Shown in pieces: positions 57,010 through 64,000 of a stretch of DNA of 64,000 nucleotides. How positions within the stretch are numbered: the first letter of the stretch is position 1; the number at the start of each line of letters is the position of its first letter. The stretch is from an uncultured Chloroflexia bacterium. GTDB taxonomy: Bacteria > Chloroflexota > Ktedonobacteria > Ktedonobacterales > JADMIN01. The position numbers were made by a program, and so were the translations under genes. The stretch spans positions 331,023 through 395,022 of the forward strand of contig CAVPDP010000019.1 in assembly GCA_963702665.1 (NCBI GenBank), given 5' to 3'. The notes beneath the pieces are model-generated. The model did not search any database. It had not been told where the DNA came from and saw nothing but the letters and a program-made list of their open reading frames with translations.

Positions 57010-57609
57010 ATGAGTGATAGCGAGACGACGAAACGTCAACGTCTGGTCTGGATTCCCGAGGATGAGCCAGGGATCGAGGATGTGCGCGTCACATATGATG
57101 CGAGCGGCATCCAGTTCAGCAGCATGCTGATCCGCATGTGGGAGGGGCTGCCGCTACGCGCTGCCTATGAACTCGTCTGCGATAGCCAGTGGCGCGTGCG
57201 TGAGCTACAGATGTCGGTCGATAGCGAAGCGGCGAGCGAGCATACGATCCGGCTGGTGGCCGATGGCGTCGGCGGCTGGCAGGATGGCGCGGGCCAACCG
57301 ATAGCTGAGTTGCAAGGCTGCGTCGATGTCGATATCATGCTCACGCCACTCACCAACACGCTGCCGATCCGGCGGCTTGCGCTCGCCCCAGGCGAATCAC
57401 GCGAGATCAGCGTCGTCTATATCGCCGCGCCCGACCTGGATGTCAGGCCGTTCGGGCAGCGCTACACCCGGCTGGATGACGCGGATGGCAGGCAGCGCTA
57501 TCGCTACGAGAGTCTCGCCAGCGGCTTTACCGCTGAGTTGCCAGTTGATGACGATGGCTTCGTCGTCGCGTATCCAGGCATCTGGCGGCGCATCTGGCCC
57601 ACCACCTGA
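57010..57609 (+). CDS. putative glycolipid-binding domain protein (DUF1089 family)
   Basis: AAYELVCDSQWRVRELQM, GCVDVDIMLTPLTNTLPIRRLALAPGES, YRYESLASGFTAELPVDDDGFVVAYPGIW. Confidence 0.78.
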   Translation: MSDSETTKRQRLVWIPEDEPGIEDVRVTYDASGIQFSSMLIRMWEGLPLRAAYELVCDSQWRVRELQMSVDSEAASEHTIRLVADGVGGWQDGAGQPIAELQGCVDVDIMLTPLTNTLPIRRLALAPGESREISVVYIAAPDLDVRPFGQRYTRLDDADGRQRYRYESLASGFTAELPVDDDGFVVAYPGIWRRIWPTT

Positions 57610-57683
57610 TAGCGCTTCACCGTGCTACGTGACTAAAGTGGTCATTACCAGCTTCGTCATCATGACGATTTGACTGCGGGTCG

Positions 57684-58466
57684 TCACCACGCCTCGAAGA
57701 GACCAGCATCGGCGGTGAGCCGCAGTTCGCCATGGGAGGCAAGGTATTCTCGCAGGCGCTGCCCAATCCCCGCACGTATGCGCTCGTGCATCTCCGTAGC
57801 TGATGCCGGTGTCATCGAAACGATGTAGGCAATGAGCGGTTCGGCCTCGGTGATGACAAGCGTATTGGCGTAGCGATGCAGCGTCACCCGCTCGAACTGC
57901 TCCGCCAGTATATCCGCGCCATTTTCCAGGTTGAATCGTAGGTGCGCAGGCTCGCGCGAGGGCAGGAATTGCGCCAGTTCGTGTAGATATTCGCTGCTCA
58001 GCGTGGAGGCGTACAATCGCCCACCATCCTTCAGTACCCTGCGAATCTCGGAGATAGCAGTGGGGATATCTGGCATGTGGTAGAGCATGTGATTGGCGAT
58101 CACTCCATCATAACTGTTGTCGGGATAAGGGATCTCCTGGGCGTCGGCGACAGAGTAGTTGAACGTATGAGACATGTGCTCTACGTTGCGCCGGGCCTCA
58201 TCGAGCATACCCGACGAGAAATCGGTCAGTGTGATATCCCAGTCGGCGGGAATGCGGTCGCGGTTCGAGAGCCAGAGCCAGCCCGGCCCGCATCCCAACT
58301 CGAGGATGCGGGCATTTTCTGGCAGTTGAAAGTGATCGAAGATCCAGGGAAACCAGCGATAAGGATTGGTGGCAAAGCGCGCATGCAGGTTAGCGCGTGC
58401 GCCCAGCCGTGACGAATCGTGATATTGCTGCGTGAGCAGCCAGTTCTTATCAGGACGCTGTGCCAT
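57684..58466 (-). CDS. class I SAM-dependent methyltransferase
   Basis: Motif I is ILELGCGPGWLW, followed by DITLTDFSSGML and YDGVIANHMLYHMPD. Confidence 0.8.
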   Translation of the reverse strand: MAQRPDKNWLLTQQYHDSSRLGARANLHARFATNPYRWFPWIFDHFQLPENARILELGCGPGWLWLSNRDRIPADWDITLTDFSSGMLDEARRNVEHMSHTFNYSVADAQEIPYPDNSYDGVIANHMLYHMPDIPTAISEIRRVLKDGGRLYASTLSSEYLHELAQFLPSREPAHLRFNLENGADILAEQFERVTLHRYANTLVITEAEPLIAYIVSMTPASATEMHERIRAGIGQRLREYLASHGELRLTADAGLFEAW

Positions 58467-58634
58467 GGCATATGCCTATCTCGCTAGCCAGGTCGCTCTT
58501 ATCGGTAAGCCTATACACACTATGTCACCCGATAATCGGCGCAGCCAGTCAGAATTTCCCCACAACAGGGCGGCGTGCTATACTGGCAGTGAGGCTGTTT
58601 ATAGGTCAGATGTTCGAGATTGCGGGAGGCGAGT

Positions 58635-60107
58635 ATGAGCGGAACCGACGAGCCGCGCCAGCAGGCATCGCTCTTTGGCGAGGCGCCGCCTATAGCGCCA
58701 GCGCGCCAGCCGCGAAAGCCGACACAGCCAGAGAGCGCGCTCGATGCTCCCGAAGCGACGAATATGCCGCCGGGCGCGCGACCGCTCGCCGCGCGGATGC
58801 GTCCGCAGACCCTGGATGAGATTCTCGGCCAGCCGCATCTGCTGGATGAGGGACGCGCCCTCCGCCGCAGCATCGAGCGCGATCAGGCGCCGTCGATGAT
58901 CTTCTGGGGGCCACCGGGCAGCGGCAAGACGACCCTTGCCAGTGTGATCGCCCATACGACCCAGGCGCGTTTCGTGGCGCTCAGCGCTGTCACGGCGGGC
59001 GTCGCCGACCTGCGGCGGGTGGTGGACGACGCGGCCAAGCTCTTGCGCGCGACGGGTCGCCGCACCATCCTCTTCATCGACGAGATTCACCGCTTCTCGA
59101 AGTCGCAGCAAGACGCGATTTTGCCACATGTCGAGCGGGGAACCGTCACCATGATCGGCGCGACGACCGAGAATCCCTCCTTCGAGGTGAATGCGGCGCT
59201 CCTCTCGCGCTCGCGTGTCTTTACGCTGCATGCGCTTGGCGATGACGATATTCGCGTGCTGCTCAACCGCGCGCTCCATGACGCCGAGCGGGGACTTGGC
59301 GCGCAGCCAATCACCATTGACGATGACGCGCTGAACGCGCTGGCCACCTATGCCAATGGCGACGCGCGCACGGCGCTCAATGCGCTGGAGTTGGCGGCGA
59401 GTGTCGCGCCAGAGGCGCTGGGCAAAGCGGATGCAGACGTTGGCACGCGGCATATCAACCTGGCGACCATCGAGGACGCGTTGCAGCATCGCGCGCTGCT
59501 CTATGATAAAACAGGCGAGGAACACTATAACCTGATCTCGGCGCTGCACAAATCGCTGCGCGGATCTGATCCCGACGCCGCGCTCTACTGGCTTGGGCGC
59601 ATGCTGGAGGCAGGTGAGGACCCGCTCTACGTCGTGCGGCGGCTGATTCGCTTCGCCAGTGAAGATGTCGGCATGGCCGATCCGCAGGCGCTGATGGTCT
59701 GTGTCGCGGCGCAGCAGACGGTTCACTTCGTCGGCATGCCCGAAGCGGCGCTGGCGCTGGCGCAGGCCGTCGTTCATCTGGCGACCGCCCCCAAGAGCAA
59801 CGCGCTCTATACCGCCTATGCCGCCGTCCAGGAGGATGTGCGCGCCACCCGCAACGATCCGGTGCCGCTACATCTGCGCAACGCGCCGACTGGCCTGATG
59901 AAGCAGCTCGACTACGGCAAAGGCTACGAGTACGCGCACGACACCTATGCGGGCCAGCCCGACCCCGAAGACCCGTCGCGTCCGCCGCCCGAGCGCCCAC
60001 AAGACTATTTGCCCGAGCAGATGCGCGACCGCCAGTATTACCATCCGACGGCCCAGGGTGGAGAGGCCTCGATTGCGGCATGGCTCCGGCGACGACGCAA
60101 GCAATGA
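58635..60107 (+). CDS. rarA: replication-associated recombination protein A (AAA+ ATPase)
   Basis: ATG 58635 follows [88 protein letters not shown]. Confidence 0.92.
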   Translation: MSGTDEPRQQASLFGEAPPIAPARQPRKPTQPESALDAPEATNMPPGARPLAARMRPQTLDEILGQPHLLDEGRALRRSIERDQAPSMIFWGPPGSGKTTLASVIAHTTQARFVALSAVTAGVADLRRVVDDAAKLLRATGRRTILFIDEIHRFSKSQQDAILPHVERGTVTMIGATTENPSFEVNAALLSRSRVFTLHALGDDDIRVLLNRALHDAERGLGAQPITIDDDALNALATYANGDARTALNALELAASVAPEALGKADADVGTRHINLATIEDALQHRALLYDKTGEEHYNLISALHKSLRGSDPDAALYWLGRMLEAGEDPLYVVRRLIRFASEDVGMADPQALMVCVAAQQTVHFVGMPEAALALAQAVVHLATAPKSNALYTAYAAVQEDVRATRNDPVPLHLRNAPTGLMKQLDYGKGYEYAHDTYAGQPDPEDPSRPPPERPQDYLPEQMRDRQYYHPTAQGGEASIAAWLRRRRKQ

Positions 60108-60120
60108 CAGGGGAAGCCAG

Positions 60121-60708
60121 ATGAACGCGAAGCAGACCCGCGAGATTGTCATCGTGGAGTATCGCCCCGAGTGGCCGCAGGAGTTCCAGCGGATCGCGCG
60201 CCAACTTCAGGATGCGCTCGGCGATGCGGCGTTGCGGATCGATCACATCGGCTCGACCTCGGTACCGGGACTTGCGGCGAAGGACATCATCGATGTGCAG
60301 GTGACGGTGGCCCAACTGACGCATGACCTCGATGCGCCGTTTGCGCGGGCAGGCTGCGTCCGCCGTGTGGATATCGACCATGACCACGTGCCGCCGACCG
60401 CCAACGATGGCGATGAGAACTGGCGCAAGCTGTATTACGATCCACCTGCCGAGATGCGCCCCACGCATATTCATGTGCGCCGGGCGGGCAGCGCCAATGG
60501 ACGTTACGCGCTGCTCTTCCGCGACTATCTGCGGACGCATCCATTGGCGGCGGAGGCGTATGCGCAGGTGAAGGTGGCGCTGGCGCGCAAAGACTCGTTT
60601 GACTGGGATTTGTACTACGATGTCAAAGACCCCGTCTGTGACATTATCATGGCGGGCGCCGAAGACTGGGCAGCCGCGACCAACTGGCGCATCGAACACT
60701 ATTCTTGA
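60121..60708 (+). CDS. GrpB-family (UPF0157) protein
   Basis: ATG 60121. IVEYRPEWPQEF, IDHIGSTSVPGLAAKDIIDVQVTV, HIHVRRAGS...LFRDYLRTHP. Confidence 0.85.
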   Translation: MNAKQTREIVIVEYRPEWPQEFQRIARQLQDALGDAALRIDHIGSTSVPGLAAKDIIDVQVTVAQLTHDLDAPFARAGCVRRVDIDHDHVPPTANDGDENWRKLYYDPPAEMRPTHIHVRRAGSANGRYALLFRDYLRTHPLAAEAYAQVKVALARKDSFDWDLYYDVKDPVCDIIMAGAEDWAAATNWRIEHYS

Positions 60709-60727
60709 GTCTACGACGGAGACCGCA

Positions 60728-61423
60728 ATGCCCTCGATACAGGTCAACGATATTCAGATGTATTACGAGATGCGTGGCGAGGGCGAGCCGCTTGTGTTGG
60801 TCCTCGGCATGACACTCGACATCTCCGAGGTTGGGGCGATCATCAGTTGGCTTGCGCAACGCTACCAGGTCTTAGCGTTCGACAATCGCGGCGCAGGTCG
60901 CACCGACAAACCCGATGCGCCCTATTCTATCGAGATGATGGCCGATGACACAGTTGGACTCATGAACGCCCTCGGCATCGAACACGCCAATATTCTCGGC
61001 ATCTCCATGGGTGGGCGCATCGCGCTCACACTGGCGCTAGAGCATCCCGAAAGCGTCGAAAAGCTGGTTCTCGTCTCCACATCGGCGCGCGTTCTCCCGC
61101 GAGGCTGGCGGTTCCGTATACTCGGTCTGTTATCCAGCGCGCCCATCTTCCGAGGCAAATATCCGCAGCCGCGTTACGCATTCATTCGGCAGCGTGACGC
61201 ATCGACCACGTTCAACTGCACCGACAGGTTGCCTGAAATACAGGCGCCGACGGCAATTATGCATGGCAAGAACGACAAGACCGCCCTCTTCGCGCTGGCT
61301 GAGGAGATGCAGCGCGGCATACCCGGCTCGAAGTTGCTCCCGTTCGCGGGCGGCCACATCTTCTTTTTATTCCGCGAACGCCAGCGCTTCCTCGACGCCG
61401 TCGCCGATTTTCTGGAGAACTGA
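60728..61423 (+). CDS. alpha/beta hydrolase
   Basis: ATG 60728. PLVLVLG, FDNRGAGRTD, nucleophile elbow ILGISMGGRIAL, C-terminal GGHIFF. Confidence 0.82.
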   Translation: MPSIQVNDIQMYYEMRGEGEPLVLVLGMTLDISEVGAIISWLAQRYQVLAFDNRGAGRTDKPDAPYSIEMMADDTVGLMNALGIEHANILGISMGGRIALTLALEHPESVEKLVLVSTSARVLPRGWRFRILGLLSSAPIFRGKYPQPRYAFIRQRDASTTFNCTDRLPEIQAPTAIMHGKNDKTALFALAEEMQRGIPGSKLLPFAGGHIFFLFRERQRFLDAVADFLEN

Positions 61424-61665
61424 TTGTAACGTACCACAGGGACATGCCAGTGCGAGCGGGCGTATCCCACAGTGAGATCAGCACGGAGAATGCCCTCACC
61501 AAGACCCCCGTGGGGGAAGCCGAGAGCGTCGCCCCCAATATTCCCCAGGTCACTCAACAACTTGGCGGTGGTGGGGTTGAGCGCAACAGCACGGTAGCCA
61601 GGCTCGATGACAACGCCAGTCCGCCCAGCACGATTTGCCCAGATCATGTAACCAGTGGCAGCCCG

Positions 61666-62118
61666 TCACAGCGCTGGTCTGCCCGGCGCGGGAATGATGC
61701 CCAACTGCATCATCATCGGCAGATCTTCGCGTACCGCCCAGTGTTCGGCAAGCTTGTTGTCCGCGACCCTGAACCAGTGATGCTGCCACCCTGCGAAGTG
61801 CCTTCCGGTTGGTGGGATCGTGCCATTGAATGGGCCAAGATTCGTCCCCTCGGTGAAGACACGGCACGCGACCAGATCGCCCTCGGTGATGGTCATCTCG
61901 ACCCGCATGCGGATATCCGGAAACTGCGCGTGCAGCCACTCGGCGGCGCTCTGCGCGTGTTCCGGCCCCGAGACGCTGCCCGGCTCGGACTGGCCGAAAG
62001 GCGCCAGCGCGTGTTCCACGTAGTGTTCCGCCATGACCTCGCGGCAGACGGCGTAGTTCTGACGGGTGAGGATTTCATCGAAGAAGCGCTGTGCAAGGAG
62101 CCTGTTTGCTTCGGACAT
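61666..62118 (-). CDS. ester cyclase (SnoaL-like / NTF2 fold)
   Basis: NRLLAQRFFDEILTRQNYAVCREVMAEHYVEH..., LVACRVFTEGTNLGPFNGTIPPTGRHFAGWQHHWFRVADNKLAEHW. Confidence 0.75.
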   Translation of the reverse strand: MSEANRLLAQRFFDEILTRQNYAVCREVMAEHYVEHALAPFGQSEPGSVSGPEHAQSAAEWLHAQFPDIRMRVEMTITEGDLVACRVFTEGTNLGPFNGTIPPTGRHFAGWQHHWFRVADNKLAEHWAVREDLPMMMQLGIIPAPGRPAL

Positions 62119-62195
62119 AAAACGTCTCCCCTCTACCCATGAACTGGGCAGTAATTATATGATTGCTCGCTGTATGGCCACGTACATTCGTGGGA

Positions 62196-63032
62196 CTATG
62201 CGGGGTCGAGCTGATGCTGAATCTCGGTGAGATAGTCTGAGGCGTCTCCCCGATGCATCGGCCCGCGATGATAGAGAAATCGCCATGTGCCGCTCAGGTG
62301 GTAGCCGTTTTCCACCGCCCAACGCTGAAGCAGCAGGTATTTCTCGTTGAGCGTATCGTAGTCGCCCTGGTGCATGTAGACCGCCGCCGTTTCGATGGCG
62401 GGCAATTCCCGGAGGGTGAAGGTTCCAGCGTCTCCGAGCGAGACAACAGGGGCGTGTGTGGGGTTGACTGGCACGACCATTTCCGTGTCGAGATAGTCCC
62501 CGCGAAACTCATCCTCATAGAAAATGGCGGTCGGTACCCCACCAGTCCAGGTGATATTTCCCCGCTTGATCGCTTCTTCGATGCCTCTGGCGACGACCTC
62601 GCGTTCTTGTCGCGAGTGAAATATCCGGCGCATGGTCAGCGCCGAAAACGGCTCAATGCGCTTGATGACGATGTCTAGGGTGGATATGATACCCTCCTGT
62701 TCAATCTGGCGCAGGCGAAATTCAACCTGCGCGAGCCGTGCCTGCTCCTCGCGGACACGCTGCTGAAGTTCAGACTGTTTCAGCCGATACATGCCGCGAA
62801 TTTGTTCCGTCGACAGGTTCTCAGACACTAACCTGGCTATTTCCTCCAGTGACAGCCCCAACTCTTTCAGCGCCATGATGGTGTGCAGACGTGGTAACTG
62901 GTCGAGCGTGTAATAGCGATAGCTGGTGAATGGGTCTGTCAGTGACGGCTTGAGCAACCCCATCTCATCGTAGTGATGCAGCGTTTTGACTGTTACCTGG
63001 CTCAAGCGCGAAAATTCGCCGATTTTGAGCAT
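62196..63032 (-). CDS. MerR-family transcriptional regulator with a GyrI-like effector-binding domain
   Basis: ATG 63032 follows GGGAGG. MLKIGEFSRLSQVTVKTLHHYDEMGLLKP, a coiled-coil linker, then a C-terminal GyrI-like domain. Confidence 0.85.
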   Translation of the reverse strand: MLKIGEFSRLSQVTVKTLHHYDEMGLLKPSLTDPFTSYRYYTLDQLPRLHTIMALKELGLSLEEIARLVSENLSTEQIRGMYRLKQSELQQRVREEQARLAQVEFRLRQIEQEGIISTLDIVIKRIEPFSALTMRRIFHSRQEREVVARGIEEAIKRGNITWTGGVPTAIFYEDEFRGDYLDTEMVVPVNPTHAPVVSLGDAGTFTLRELPAIETAAVYMHQGDYDTLNEKYLLLQRWAVENGYHLSGTWRFLYHRGPMHRGDASDYLTEIQHQLDPA

Positions 63033-63170
63033 TGGCGCCTCCCGCTCACACGCTGTGAAATTGCCGTCACGCAAAGTTTGCACTCTCCGGTTACCGGAGA
63101 GTCAAGGGGGGGATTTGGAGCATGTGGCGCAGAGTAGATCAATTGCCCGCGCAGTCAGGCACACTCGGTG

Positions 63171-64000
63171 TTATTTCGTCGTGTCGATCACGATTTTGCC
63201 GAAGACATTGCGCTCCTCCAGCAGCCGCTGCCCCTCGGCGACGGATTCCAGTGGCAACGTGCGCGCGATCACCGGATGAAGCTGACCGTTCGCCACCAAT
63301 CGCAGCACCGTCGTCAGGTCGGCGCGTGTGCCACCATAGGAGCCGATGAGCCGTAGCTCTTTGGCGAAGAGCGTCCAGAGGTTGGTCATGCCCTCGTTGC
63401 CAGTGGTCGCGCCACAGGTGACCAGCCTCCCTTCGCGCGCCAGACAGGCGATGCTTTTGGCCCACGTCTCCGCGCCAATATGCTCCACCACCACCGAGAC
63501 GCCGCGCTTGCCGGTCAGCTTGCGCACCTCCTGCGCAAAATCGAGTTCGTTATAGTTGATAACATTGTCCGCGCCGAGCCGTTGGGCGTGTTCCATCTTC
63601 TCGCTGCTGCCCACCGTCGCGATCACCCGCGCGCCCGCCAGTTTCGCGATCTGAATGGCCGCGCTGCCCACGCCGCTGCCGCCAGCCTGTACCAGCACCG
63701 TCTCGCCGGGTTGAACCTGCGCTCGTTCGATGAGCATGCGCCAGGCGGTAATCATCGCCAGGCCCACCGCCGCTGCCTCTGCCGCACTCACGCCCTCTGG
63801 CAGGGGCACGAGGCTCGAGACTGGCACGACGACATATTCGGCGAACGCGCCCTGGCTGGCCAGCCCCAGGATATCGCCACGCATGCACATCGTCTCTTCG
63901 CCAGCGACGCAGAATTCGCACTGGCCGCAGAACAGATAGGGCGCGATAGCGGCGAGCCTGCCCACGGGCACTGGCTCGGTCGCGACACCGGGTCCATAGG
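63171..64000 (-). CDS. zinc-type alcohol dehydrogenase / quinone oxidoreductase (MDR family), N-terminus outside the window
   Basis: CGQCEFCVAGEETMC (structural-zinc-like), NAD(P) fold VLVQAGGSGVGSAAIQIAKLAGARVIATVGS, C-terminal GKIVIDT. The frame is open to the window edge. Confidence 0.82.
   Translation of the reverse strand, partial: YGPGVATEPVPVGRLAAIAPYLFCGQCEFCVAGEETMCMRGDILGLASQGAFAEYVVVPVSSLVPLPEGVSAAEAAAVGLAMITAWRMLIERAQVQPGETVLVQAGGSGVGSAAIQIAKLAGARVIATVGSSEKMEHAQRLGADNVINYNELDFAQEVRKLTGKRGVSVVVEHIGAETWAKSIACLAREGRLVTCGATTGNEGMTNLWTLFAKELRLIGSYGGTRADLTTVLRLVANGQLHPVIARTLPLESVAEGQRLLEERNVFGKIVIDTTK

Noticed and set aside
61424-61647. A minus-strand ORF (MIWANRAGRTGVVIEPGYRAVALNPTTAKLLSDLGNIGGDALGF...) fills the gap between the convergent hydrolase and ester-cyclase genes.
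   Set aside because: Its codon usage looks coding-like, but I recognise no family. It runs antisense into the alpha/beta hydrolase gene and has no SD. It may be a gene remnant, but the evidence is insufficient.
1-64000. Many long ORFs in the track overlap recognised genes on the opposite strand or in an alternative frame. Examples: 4167..5141, 9594..10400, 25445..25765, 44727..46031, 48049..49383, 58599..59777, 59455..60747.
   Set aside because: These are typical high-GC shadow ORFs. They are Arg/Ala/Pro/Gly-rich low-complexity translations with no recognisable motifs, and they fully overlap genes with strong family signatures.
1-64000. I searched for tRNA, rRNA, tmRNA, RNase P, SRP RNA and CRISPR arrays.
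   Set aside because: I saw no T-arm (GGTTCGAATCC-like) context, no conserved rRNA/tmRNA/SRP cores, and no regularly spaced direct repeats. The only tandem repeats are the 9-mer x3, the 10-mer x3 and a 12-bp duplication. A covariance-model scan would still be needed to exclude small ncRNAs.

Overview
This window is a high-GC (about 60-65% by eye) bacterial chromosomal segment with roughly 55 protein genes on both strands. I found no rRNA, tRNA or CRISPR array.

Gene content is mostly housekeeping and accessory functions:
- rsgA, dCMP deaminase, Fe/Mn SOD, rtcB, an ABC-F ATPase, tex, accC-fabF-accB, comF and rarA.
- MATE, MFS, CaCA and CPA1 transporters.
- Several SAM methyltransferases, and an ECF sigma / anti-sigma operon.
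- One T-box riboswitch, a family of GC-rich REP-like hairpin repeats, and one decayed IS5-family element.

The T-box, the repeat style and the gene set suggest a Chloroflexota-like organism. That is inference only.

Main observations:
1. The B12-domain radical SAM ORF called as ending at 24912 continues in another frame. It runs to an in-frame UGA inside a ...EPWFC-U-AEP... tail, followed by a SECIS-like hairpin. This makes it a hidden CUAEP-tail radical SAM selenoprotein, translationally coupled to an upstream yggX.
2. The divergently transcribed FAD-dependent oxidoreductase is interrupted by a single in-frame UGA (E-E-U-R-C), followed immediately by a 10-bp bulged hairpin. It is either a second, undescribed selenoprotein or a nonsense allele.
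3. An alanine-specific T-box leader (specifier GCC) precedes a divergent AlaRS paralog that has the catalytic domain only and no editing or C-Ala domains.
4. At least 18 frame disruptions split otherwise conserved genes, so the ORF track fragments many real genes. Those I could resolve to the base are mostly single-base insertions, which suggests unpolished assembly indels more than true decay. The IS transposase is the exception and looks genuinely degenerate.
5. Smaller items:
   - a tandem 230-bp duplication encoding two paralogous 72-aa proteins;
   - short SD-preceded leader ORFs upstream of the ABC-F gene and rtcB;
   - a 152-bp element with perfect 24-bp terminal inverted repeats;
   - several predicted pseudo-enzymes (tyrosine-recombinase-like, ParA-like, GH-like, M16-like).
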